Source: Eledone cirrhosa
Taxonomy: Eukaryota
DNA length: 64,000 nucleotides
NCBI GenBank assembly: GCA_964016885.1
Contig: OZ024749.1
Span: forward strand, 25,854,001 to 25,918,000
Direction: 5' to 3'
This document shows positions 44,701 to 54,295 of the stretch, piece after piece (within the stretch, counting starts at the first letter, position 1; each line of letters begins with the position of its first letter). The notes below the pieces were generated by a model. That model was not told the DNA's origin and searched no databases. It saw nothing but the letters and a program-made list of their open reading frames with translations. Both the position numbers and the translations under genes were made by a program.

Positions 44701-47583
44701 GGTAACTGAGGTGGCGGTAATGGAAACAGGGGTAGTATGGGTGGTAACTGAGGTGGCGGTAATGGAAACAGGGGTAGTATGGGTGGTAACTAAGGTGGCG
44801 GTAATGGAAACAGCGGTAGTATGGGTGGTAACTAAGGTGGTGGTAATGGAAACAGGGGTAGTATTGGTGGTAACTGAGGTGGCGGTAATGGAAACAGCGG
44901 TAGTATGGGTGGTAACTGAGGTGGCGGTAATGGAAACAGGGGTAGTATGGGTGGTAACTGAGGTGGCGGTAATGGAAACAGCGGTCGTATGGGTGGTAAC
45001 TGGGGTGGCGGTAATGGAAACAGGGGTAGTATTGGTGGTAACTGAGGTGGCGGTAATGGAAACAGGGGTAGTATGGGTGGTAACTGAGGTGGCGGTAATG
45101 GAAACAGGGGTAGTATGGGTGGTAACTGGGGTGGCGGTAATGGAAACAGGGGTAGTATTGGTGGTAACTGAGGTGGCGGTAATGGAAACAGGGGTAGTAT
45201 TGGTGGTAACTGAGGTGGCGGTGATGGAAACAGGGGTAGTATGGGTGGTAACTGGGGTGGCGGTAATGGAAACAGGGGTAGTATTGGTATTAACTGAGGT
45301 GGCGGTAATGGAAACAGTGGTAGTATTGGTGGTGACGGAGGTGGCGGTAATGGAAACACTGGTAGTGTGGGTGGTAACTGAGGAGGCGGTAATGGAAACA
45401 GGGGTAGTATGGGTGGTAACTGAGGTGGCGGTAATGGAAACAGGGGTAGTATTGGTGGTAACTGAGGTGGCGGTAATGGAAACAGCGGTAGTATGGGTGG
45501 TAACTGAGGTGGCGGTAATGGAAACAGCGGTAGTATGGGTGGTAACTGAGGTGGCGGTAATGGAAACAGGGGTAGTATTGGTGGTAACTGAGGTGGCGGT
45601 AATGGAAACAGGGGTAGTATGGGTGGTAACTGAGGTGGCGGTAATGGAAACAGTGGTAGTATTGGTGGTAACTGAGGTGGCGGTAATGGAAACAGGGGTA
45701 GTATGGGTGGTAACTGAGGTGGCGGTAATGGAAACAGGGGTAGTATGGGTGGTAACTAAGGTGGCGGTAATGGAAACAGCGGTAGTATGGGTGGTAACTA
45801 AGGTGGCGGTAATGGAAACAGCGGTAGTATGGGTGGTAACTAAGGTGGCGGTAATGGAAACAGCGGTAGTATTGGTGGTAACTGAGGTGGCGGTAATGGA
45901 AACAGGGGTAGTATGGGTGGTAACTGAGGTGGCGGTAATGGAAACAGTGGTAGTATGGGTGGTAACTGAGGTGGCGGTAATGGAAACAGGGGTAGTATGG
46001 GTGGTAACTGAGGTGGCGGTAATGGAAACAGGGGTAGTATGGGTGGTAACTAAGGTGGCGGTAATGGAAACAGCGGTAGTATGGGTGGTAACTAAGGTGG
46101 CGGTAATGGAAACAGCGGTAGTATGGGTGGTAACTAACGTGGCGGTAATGGAAACAGCGGTAGTATTGGTGGTAACTGAGGTGGCGGTAATGGAAACAGG
46201 GGTAGTATGGGTGGTAACTGAGGTGGCGGTAATGGAAACAGTGGTAGTATGGGTGGTAACTGAGGTGGCGGTAATGGAAACAGCGGTAGTATGGGTGGTA
46301 ACTGAGGTGGCGGTAATGGAAACAGGGGTAGTATTGGTGGTAACTGAGGTGGCGGTAATGGAAACAGGGGTAGTATGGGTGGTAACTAAGGTGGCGGTAA
46401 TGGAAACAGCGGTAGTATGGGTGGTAACTAAGGTGGCGGTAATGGAAACAGCGGTAGTATTGGTGGTAACTGAGGTGGCGGTAATGGAAACAGGGGTAGT
46501 ATGGGTGGTAACTGAGGTGGCGGTAATGGAGACAAAGGTAGTATTGGTGGTAACTGAGGTGGCGGTAATGGAAACAGTGGTAGTATGGGTGGTAACTGAG
46601 GTGGCGGTAATGGAAACAGGGGTAGTATTGGTGGTAACTGAGGTGGCGGTAATGGAAACAGGGGTAGCATTGGTGGTAACTGAGGTGGCGGTAATGGAAA
46701 CAGGGGTCGTATGGGTGGTAACTGGGGTGGCGGTAATGGAAACAGTGGTAGTATTGGTGGTAATTGAGGTGGCGGTAATGGAAACAGCGGTAGTATGGGT
46801 GGTAACTGGGGTGGCGGTAATGGAAACAGGGGTAGTATGGGTGGTAACTGAGGTGGCGGTAATGGAAACAGGGGTAGTATTGGTGGTAACTGGGGTGGCG
46901 GTAATGGAAACAGCGGTAGTATGGGTGGTAACTGGGGTGGCGGTAATGGAAACAGTGGTAGTATTGGTGGTAACTGAGGTGGCGGTAATGGAAACAGTGG
47001 TAGTATTGGTGGTAACTGGGGTGGCGGTAATGGAAACAGTGGTAGTATTGGTGGTAACTGAGGTGGCGGTAATGGAAACAGGGGTAGTATTGGTGGTAAC
47101 TGGGGTGGCGGTAATGGAAACAGTGGTAGTATTGGTGGTAATTGAGGTGGCGGTAATGGAAACAGCGGTAGTATGGGTGGTAACTGGGGTGGCGGTAATG
47201 GAAACAGTGGTAGTATTGGTGGTAACTGAGGTGGCGGTAATGGAAACAGGGGTAGTATGGGTGGTAACTGAGGTGGCGGTAATGGAAACAGGGGTAGTAT
47301 GGGTGGTAACTAATGTGGCGGTAATGGAAACAGCGGTAGTATGGGTGGTAACTAAGGTGGCGGTAATGGAAACAGCGGTAGTATGGGTGGTAACTGAGGT
47401 GGCGGTAATGGAAACAGGGGTAGTATTGGTGGTAACTGAGGTGGCGGTAATGGAAACAGGGGTAGTATTGGTGGTAACTGAGGTGGCGGTAATGGAAACA
47501 GGGGTAGTATTGGTGGTAACTGAGGTGGCGGTAATGGAAACAGGGGTAGTATGGGTGGTAACGATTGTTGGTGGTCCTTTCAT
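32701..47583 (-). CDS. Candidate giant mucin-like Thr/Ser/Pro-rich exon (unit PVSITATSVTT[N/H]TT) with a 1-bp frameshift near 38789
   Basis: No stop seen in the Thr frame and many rare variants are synonymous in it; flanking exon structure is unresolved. Confidence 0.5.
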   Translation of the reverse strand: MKGPPTIVTTHTTPVSITATSVTTNTTPVSITATSVTTNTTPVSITATSVTTNTTPVSITATSVTTHTTAVSITATLVTTHTTAVSITATLVTTHTTPVSITATSVTTHTTPVSITATSVTTNTTTVSITATPVTTHTTAVSITATSITTNTTTVSITATPVTTNTTPVSITATSVTTNTTTVSITATPVTTNTTTVSITATSVTTNTTTVSITATPVTTHTTAVSITATPVTTNTTPVSITATSVTTHTTPVSITATPVTTHTTAVSITATSITTNTTTVSITATPVTTHTTPVSITATSVTTNATPVSITATSVTTNTTPVSITATSVTTHTTTVSITATSVTTNTTFVSITATSVTTHTTPVSITATSVTTNTTAVSITATLVTTHTTAVSITATLVTTHTTPVSITATSVTTNTTPVSITATSVTTHTTAVSITATSVTTHTTTVSITATSVTTHTTPVSITATSVTTNTTAVSITATLVTTHTTAVSITATLVTTHTTAVSITATLVTTHTTPVSITATSVTTHTTPVSITATSVTTHTTTVSITATSVTTHTTPVSITATSVTTNTTAVSITATLVTTHTTAVSITATLVTTHTTAVSITATLVTTHTTPVSITATSVTTHTTPVSITATSVTTNTTTVSITATSVTTHTTPVSITATSVTTNTTPVSITATSVTTHTTAVSITATSVTTHTTAVSITATSVTTNTTPVSITATSVTTHTTPVSITASSVTTHTTSVSITATSVTTNTTTVSITATSVNTNTTPVSITATPVTTHTTPVSITATSVTTNTTPVSITATSVTTNTTPVSITATPVTTHTTPVSITATSVTTHTTPVSITATSVTTNTTPVSITATPVTTHTTAVSITATSVTTHTTPVSITATSVTTHTTAVSITATSVTTNTTPVSITTTLVTTHTTAVSITATLVTTHTTPVSITATSVTTHTTPVSITATSVTTHTTPVSITAPSVTTNTTPVSITATSVTTHTTPVSITATSVTTNTTAVSITATLVTTHTTAVSITATLVTTNTTPVSITATSVTTHTTPVSITATSVTTNTTPVSITATSVTTHTTPVSITATSVTTNTTPVSITATSVTTNTTAVSITATLVTTNTTPVSITATSVTTNTTTVSITATSVTTHTTPVSITATSVTTNTTAVSITATSVTTHTTPVSITATSVTTHTTTVSITATSVTTHTTPVSITATSVTTNTTAVSITATLVTTHTTAVSITATLVTTHTTAVSITATLVTTHTTPVSITATSVTTHTTPVSITATSVTTNTTTVSITATSVTTHTTPVSITATSVTTNTTPVSITATTVTTHTTAVSITATSVTTHTTAVSITATSVTTNTTPVSITATSVTTHNTAVSITATSVTTHTTPVSITATSVTTHTTAVSITATSVATNTTPVSITATSVTTNTTAVSITATLVTTHTTAVSITATLVTTHTTPVSITATSVTTHTTSVSITATSVTTHTTAVSITATLVTTHTTPVSITATSVTTHTTPVSITATSVTTHTTAVSITATSVTTNTTPVSITATSVTTNTTAVSITATLVTTHTTAVSITATLVTTHTTPVSITATSVTTHTTSVSITATSVTTHTTAVSITATLVTTHTTAVSITATLVTTHTTPVSITATSVTTHTTPVSITATSVTTNTTTVSITATSVTTHTTPVSITATSVTTNTTPVSITATTVTTHTTAVSITATSVTTHTTAVSITATSVTTNTTPVSITATSVTTHNTAISITATSVTTNTTPVSITATSVTTHNTAVSITATSVTTHTTPVSITATSVTTHTTAVSITATSVTTNTTPVSITATSVTTNTTAVSITATLVTTHTTAVSITATLVTTHTKPVSITATSVTTHTTSVSITATSVTTHTTAVSITATLVTTHTTPVSITATSVTTNTTAVSITATLVTTHTTAVSITATLVTTHTTPVSITATSVTTHTTTVSITATSVTTNTTPVSITATSVTTNTTPVSITATPVTTNTTTVSITATSVTTNTTPVSITATPVTTNITTVSITATSVTTNTTPVSITATPVTTNTTTVSITATSVTTHTTPVSITVTSVTTHTTPVSITATSVTTLTTPVSITATSVTTHTTPVSITATSVTTHTTPVSITATSITTNTTAVSITATSVTTHTTPVSITATSITTNTTPVSITATSITTNTTPVSITATSVTTHTTTVSITATSVTTNTTTVSITATSVTTNTTTVSITATSVTTHTTPVSITATSVTTNTTTVSITATSVTTDTTTVSITATSVTTHTTPVSITATSVTTNTTTVSITATSVTTHTTPVSITATSVTTHTTPVSITATSVTTNTTTVSITGTSVTTNTTTVSITATSVTTNTTTVSITATSVTTHTTPVSITATSVTTNTTPVSITATPVTANTTTVSITATSVTTNTTTVSITATSVTTHTTPVSITATSVTTNTTAVSITATPVTTHTTAVSITATPVTTHTTAVSITATSVTTHTTPVSITATSVTTNTTAVSITATPVTTNTTPVSITATSVTTHTTPVSITATSVTTNTTAVSITATSVTTRTTPVSITATSVTTHTTPVSITATSVTTHTTAVSITATPVTTHTTPVSITATPVTTNTTPVSITATSVTTNTTPVSITATSVTTHTSSVSITATPVTTHTTPISITATSVTSNTTPVSITATPVTTNTTPVSITATSVTTHTTPVSITATPVTTHTTAVSITATPVTTHTTAVSITATPVTTNTTPVSITATSVTTHTTAVSITATPVTTHTTSVSITATSVTTHTTPVSITATSVTTITTAVSITATSVTTNTTTVSITATPVTTHTTPVSITATSVTTHTTTVSITATPVTTHTTAVSITATSVTTITTTVSITATSVTTHTTAVSITASSVTTHTTSVSITATSVTTITTPVSITATPVTTNTTTVSITATQLPPILPLFPLPPPQLPPLLPLFPLPPPQLPPILPLFLLPPPQLPPTLPVFPLPPHQLPPILPLFPLPPPQLPPILPLFPLPPPQLPPILPVFPLPPPQLPPILPLFPLPPPQLPPILPLFPLPPPQLPPILPLFPLPPPQLPPTLPVFPLPPPQLPPILPLFPLPPPQLPPILPVFPLPPPQLPPILPLFPLPPPQLPPILPLFPLPPPQLPPILPLFPLPPPQLPPILPLFPLPPPQLPPILPLFPLPPPQLPPILPLFPLPPPQLPPILPVFPLPPPQLPPILPLFPLPPPQLPPILPLFPLPPPQLPPILPLFPLPPPQLPPILPLFPLPPPQLPPILPLFPLPPPQLPPILPLFPLPPPQLPPILPLFPLPPPQLPPILPLFPLPPPQLPPILPLFPLPPPQLPPILPLFPLPPPQLPPILPLFPLPPPQLPPILPLFPLPPPQLPPILPLFPLPPPQLPPILPLFPLPPPQLPPILPLFPLPPPQLPPILPLFPLPPPQLPPTLPVFPLPPPQLPPILPVFPLPPPQLPPILPLFPLPPPQLPPILPLFPLPPPQLPPILPLFPLPPPQLPPILPLFPLPPPQLPPILPLFPLPPPQLPPILPLFPLPPPQLPPILPLFPLPPPQLPPILPLFPLPPPQLPPILPLFPLPPPQLPPMLPLFPLPPPQLPPILPLLPLPPPQLPPILPLFPLPPPQLPPILPVFPLQPPQLPPIVPLFPLPPPQLPPILPLFPLPPPQLPPILPLFPLPPPQLPPILPLFPLPPPQLPPILPLFPLPPPQLPPILPLFPLPPPQIPPILPLFPLPPPQLPPILPLFPLPPPQLPPILPLFPLPPPQIPPILPLFPLPPPQLPPILPLFPLPPPQLPPILPVFPLPPPQLPPILPLFPLPPPQLPPTLPVFPLPPPQLPPTLPLFPLPPPQLPPTLPLFPLPPPQLPPILPLFPLPPPQLPPILPLFPLPPPQIPPILPLFPLPPPQIPPILPLFPLPPPQLPPILPLFPLPPPQLPPILPLFPLPPPQLPPILPLFPLPPPQLPPILPLFPLPPPQLPPILPLFPLPPPQLPPILPLFPLPPPQLPPILPLFPLPPPQLPPILPLFPLPPPQLPPILPLFPLPPPQLPPTLPVFPLPPPQLPPILPLFPLPPPQLPPILPLFPLPPPQLPPILPLFPLPPPQLPPILPLFPLPPPQLPPILPLFPLPPPQVPPILPLFPLPPPQLPPILLLFPLPPPQLPPILPLFPLPPPQLPPILPLFPLPPPQLPPILPLFPLPPPQVPPILPLFPLPPPQVPPILPLFPLPPPQLPPILPLFPLPPPQLPPILPLFSLPPPQLPPILPLIPLPPPQLPPILPLFPLPPPQLPPILPLFSLPPPQLPPILPLFPLPPPQLPPILPLFPLPPPQLPPILPLFPLPPPQLPPILPLFPLPPPQLPPILSLFPLPPPQLPPILPVFPLPPPQLPPILPLFPLPPPQLPPILPLFPLPPPQLPPILPLFPLPPPQLPPILPLFPLPPPQLPPILPLFPLPPPQLPPILPLFPLPPPQLPPILPVFPLPPPQLPPILPLFPLPPPQLPPILPLFPLPPPQLPPILPLFPLPPPQLPPILPLFPLPPPQLPPILPLFPLPPPQLPPILPLFPLPPPQLPPILPLFPLPPPQLPPILPVFPLPPPQLPPILPLFPLPPPQLPPILPLFPLPPPQLPPILPLFPLPPPQLPPILPLFPLPPPQLPPILPLFPLPPPQLPPILPLFPLPPPQLPPILPLFPLPPPQLPPILPLFPLPPPQLPPILPLFSLPPPQLPPILPLIPLPPPQLPPILPLFPLPPPQLPPILPLFSLPPPQLPPILPLFPLPPPQLPPILPLFPLPPPQLPPILPLFPLPPPQLPPILPLFPLPPPQLPPILPLFPLPPPQLPPILPLFPLPPPQLPPILPVFPLPPPQLPPILPLFPLPPPQLPPILPLFPLPPPQLPPILPLFPLPPPQVPPILPLFPLPPPQLPPTLPVFPLPPPQLPPTLPVFPLPPPQLSPILQIPPSI
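32735..47562. repeat. 42-bp tandem repeat array, about 350 units
   Basis: Unit gaggtggcggtaatggaaacaggggtagtattggtggtaact. Confidence 0.97.
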
Positions 47584-47921
47584 GATCGTTGGTGGTCGTT
47601 TCGGGATCTTTTTGCCGATTAACCTGTCGTGGTGGTCATCGTCGTGTTAGTACTGTTATTGGTGGTGGGCTTTTTGCATTGTTGCATAGCGTAATTCTGT
47701 ATTTTACCAATAGATTTCTGATTCCAAGATCCTTTTCAACGTCATCTTTTTCTATTGGATAACGGAAATGTAGGCCTGTGATGTTAGTGAATTGAATGCT
47801 ATGCCTAACATAGTGTTGTAAAATTGTCAAATGACCCTGAAGAGGAGAGAGGATCATAGATGCGATGTCGTGATACATGAAAAAACCCATCCCTCTCCAT
47901 GTCAAAACACAATTTGTACCA

Positions 47922-47967
<46 letters not shown>

Positions 47968-47971
47968 GTAT

Positions 47972-48045
<74 letters not shown>

Positions 48046-48116
48046 GTATATATATAATCATATACATATACATTTATACATAAATATACATATATATATA
48101 TATATATATGAATATG

Positions 48117-48264
<148 letters not shown>

Positions 48265-48267
48265 ATA

Positions 48268-48810
48268 TTAGTGAAATAAGTCACCAAGTTCAACAGTTAA
48301 TACTTATTTATTTGATCTACACGCTCTTCATTCGATTCGGATATTATTCCCAATATCCTTATCAAGAGATAGTTAGGATCAATTGTATATATAACATATA
48401 ATATATGCTCTGAATTTAAGTGGCCGGAACTATAGCACTGGATTTACCTTTGAAACAGATCTAGAATATAAATACAAATGCAAAGATATTGCTGACAATT
48501 AGTCTTTTACCCTATAATTTATTTGAATATCCTTATATTTCGAGATAATATCTCTTCTTCAGAGGGAAGTAAAGGGATCAATCTGAAGAAAATATAATAA
48601 TACTTTATATCGAAGATCTGTTTCAAAGGTAAATCGAGTGCTATAGTTCCGGCCACTTAAATTCAGAGCATATATTATATGTTATATATATAATTGATCC
48701 TAACTATCTCTTGATAAGGATATTGGGAATAATATCCGAATCAAATGAAGAGCGTGTAGATCAAATAAATAAAGTATTAACTGTTGAACTTGGTGACTTA
48801 TTTCACTAAT
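48268..48810. mobile_element. Inverted-repeat insert, family H (~195-bp arms, 150-bp spacer)
   Basis: Arms 48268-48462 and 48614-48810; 48463-48810 is the reverse complement of ~50855-51202. Confidence 0.85.
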
Positions 48811-48830
48811 ATATATATATATATATATAT

Positions 48831-49260
48831 AGTTAAAAGAATAGAGGTGTAACACACAAGTTATTATATATTGGTAAACGGAATAGAAAATGCTGACAAA
48901 TTGTTCACAGTTGAAAAATGGTTTAATTAGGAATAAAAGAGTATTAGTGATTGTATGAGTTAGTATTCAGTTGTGGTTTTAAGTTTTTAAGTTTTTACCG
49001 GTTGCGCATTTCTACATATTTTCAAAAATAATTTTGAGATAGAGTGTCCGTGCTGTTTGCTCTGATCCGAGCAAACAGCACGGACACTCTATCTCAAAAT
49101 TATTTTTGAAAATCATTTAGAAATGCGCAACCGGTAAAAACTTAAAAACTTAAAACCACAACTGAATACTAACTCATACAATCACTAATACTCTTTTATT
49201 CCTAATTAAACCATTTTTCAACTGTGAACAATTTGTCAGCATTTTCTATTCCGTTTACCA

Positions 49261-49262
<2 letters not shown>
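48831..49262 (-). mobile_element. Fold-back family G terminus
   Basis: Centre at 49063-49068, ~190-bp arms, unique tail at 48831-48877. Confidence 0.85.
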
Positions 49263-49293
<31 letters not shown>

Positions 49294-49303
49294 TTATATA
49301 TAC

Positions 49304-49382
<79 letters not shown>

Positions 49383-49436
49383 TTTATATACATATATATA
49401 TATATGTATATATGTATAAATGTATATGTATATGAT

Positions 49437-49504
<68 letters not shown>

Positions 49505-49577
49505 CATATACATATATATGTACATATATATAATCATATACATATACATTTATACATATATGCATATATATATATAT

Positions 49578-51303
<1,726 letters not shown>

Positions 51304-51404
51304 GTGGCTTCTATTGGGAATCGGGGGGAAGGGAAAGTCACCGATGCCAGAAAGGGAACTAGAAACGTTGAGTATATATGTGTAATTATTTCATATAGTA
51401 CGCG

Positions 51405-51592
51405 ATGGGTTGGCAGTATCTGTAGAGGGTTGGATGACATGCTTTCTTGCATAAAGTTACGACCCTTTACGGTCTAAGTTCAAATCCCGCCAAGGTTAAA
51501 TTTGCCTTTCATCCTTACGGGTTCGATAAAATAAAGTACCAGTAATGCACTGGAATAATTGCTGGCCTTGGGCCAAAAGTAGTAACAATTAG
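51405..51592 (+). mobile_element. SINE
   Basis: Head, B-box gttcaaatcc and core. Confidence 0.85.
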
Positions 51593-51916
51593 TTCATATA
51601 GAAAACATTCTACAGGACTAGAACTGTTTCATTCGTATGAAATCACCCTGAATGAAAGAGTTCTATTATTGGCTATTTGTGAGTGCAGATGATCTGCAAA
51701 CGCGGTAGAGATTCAATATATGTATTATAACAGGTTATCGGTTGAAATCTAGTTTCTGGTAGAGCAGAGCATGGTGGGATCGCTTGAATAATCTGTACTA
51801 ATAATATATATATATATAGTGAAGAAATAGCCGTCGAAACGGCTTGAGCTCTGCCGTCGGGGTCTTGAAGATTTTCCTATATATATATATATAAATTTAT
51901 ATACGTGTGTGGGTGT

Positions 51917-51994
<78 letters not shown>

Positions 51995-52489
51995 GTATAT
52001 ATACATATATATATATCAATGATATTAATAAATGGAAGCTATATTTATAAAACCATATTTATTCTATTTATTCTATTATATATATTTGAAGGGTAACAAA
52101 ACTTTGGTACGCTCTCATTAGATAAAATACAAAGTTTGTTTTATAAATATTGACATATCCAGGAAGGCTTTTTCCTTTATTAATTTAATTGATATTATAC
52201 TCCAGAAAACTTGTCGAGTGCTTCGAATCAGTTATAAATATATATATATATTTGTTGAATTACCAACAAATTAAATATCCCTTTTGCTTATACATATACA
52301 TATAGAGAGAGAGGGGCGAAGAGAGTGAGAGAGAGTTTATTTATAGTCATTACCATAACAGAAGTCTGACGAGCATTTGAGTCGGGCCAGATTCCTACAG
52401 ATCGAGGCTTGAGCTGATCAATCGTGAAACGTGCGTTACACCTTAATACATTTAATGAAGATCTAACACGTCCTTTTATAATTATTAGC

Positions 52490-52563
<74 letters not shown>

Positions 52564-53282
52564 ATACGTGCGCGTGTGTGTGTGTAACACTTGATTTTCA
52601 GTGTCCTTTAAAGTATTCAACCATTTCTAGAAGAAAAAAAGGACTGAGGACAGACATTTTTATCTGCAGTGTGGAAGCCATTGACTGCTCCAACCTGCAG
52701 TGAATTCCCTCGTAGGTGGCTAAGATTGGTGAGTTTATCTCGATTGAATATTGTTCTTCTCAGCATTTGAAATATTATTGCAAGCTGATATATTCTAATT
52801 TCATTCAACGAGGATATATACGTGTGTATGTGTGTGTGTAGGTGTGTGCAAGCATGTAAGTCTGTTAGGCATATGATGTTAAAGAAGTTAAACCTATTTA
52901 AAACTAAATACTACTTATCTATACGTATATATATATATATTTATTATATATATATATATATTTATTAAATAATAGAATAGAGCGATCGTTATACTGTAAC
53001 CATCGCTTAAAATCTACATTTTCATATTATAAATACTACCAGGATTGAACGCCTGTCTCTATCCCCGTTTGATTGTCAAAATAGATATTAACATTCTTTA
53101 TTAGTCTTAATTCTATCAACTCTTCTATTATTTACCTTTTAATACAAACTGCTATAGATAAAATGAGATTTCTGATTTCTTGATTCAATTCCCTAATGCA
53201 TATACCAGCTGGCTACTAGCATTGATGTTATTTAGTAGCAATCGAAATCTCCCCCTTCCCCAATTGACACTTTATAATTAAT

Positions 53283-53466
53283 TGTTTCTACTTTAGGCAC
53301 AAGGCCAGCAATTATCCAGTACATTACTGGTACTTTATTTTATCGACCCCGTAAGGATGAAAGGCAAAGTCAACCTCGGCGGGATTTGAACTCAGATCGT
53401 AAAGGGACGTAACTATGCTGGAAAGCATGGCGTCCGACCCTCTACCGATACTGCCAATCCACCGCC
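53283..53466 (-). mobile_element. Full-length SINE with a 15-bp target-site duplication
   Basis: cactttataattaat at 53268-53282 and 53467-53481. Confidence 0.9.
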
Positions 53467-53872
53467 CACTTTATAATTAATACTACTTGACCAGCCCTGT
53501 CCACTGTCCAGTTGGTCAAGTAGAGATTAAAATTGGCACTCCCAAAATTCTTATTTAGATTTACTCATGGTATTCTCATTAGAAACCCATTATATACTTG
53601 TTTAGCAGTAAATTAATTTACCATCTGTCATATACTATCCCCTCTGTTTCTTCCTCTATTACTAATATAAATACTTCAATTTTTCTGATTTTATCCAATT
53701 TATCCAAAATCTCTGAAGAAGTGACAACTGATTATACATTTGCTATCGAATACTTGCTAACATTATATGATTACGCAAGCAGCGATACATAGGTATTCCG
53801 TCTGTTACAGAAACATATGTCAATACCTAATAAATTCCTTTTTAAAAAAAAGCACTTTCATTTTATATTCTC

Positions 53873-53924
<52 letters not shown>

Positions 53925-53930
<6 letters not shown>

Positions 53931-54129
53931 AAGGAATTGTGGTAAGGAACCAGATGGACCATAACGAACCAGAGTACTCAATACTTAGGGTAGTAGAATG
54001 GGAAATAGGAAAATGTATGACCCCGACGGCAGAGCTCTAGCCGTTTCGACGGCTATTTCTGGACAGAAATAGCTGTCCAGAAATAGCCGTCGAAACGGCT
54101 AGAGCTCTGCCGTCGAGGTCATACTTTTT

Positions 54130-54133
<4 letters not shown>
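53925..54133 (-). mobile_element. Fold-back family A terminus
   Basis: Centre ggacag-aaatag-ctgtcc (54061-54078); the short arm ends ttcc(TA)n. Confidence 0.85.
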
Positions 54134-54166
<33 letters not shown>

Positions 54167-54238
54167 ACATTAGATCATATGTATCTATTCAACATCTTAA
54201 CTGAGGAAATCTTCACAAATATATAATATATGTATAAG

Positions 54239-54295
<57 letters not shown>

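Noticed and set aside
32735-47562. CRISPR-like periodic array
   Set aside because: Units are contiguous with no unique spacers, and the context is eukaryotic.
32706-47650. Plus-strand 2030-aa and 2953-aa VVTEVAVMETG ORFs and the YHxYY frame
   Set aside because: They are antisense or alternative frames of the 42-bp array; variant synonymy favours the Thr frame.
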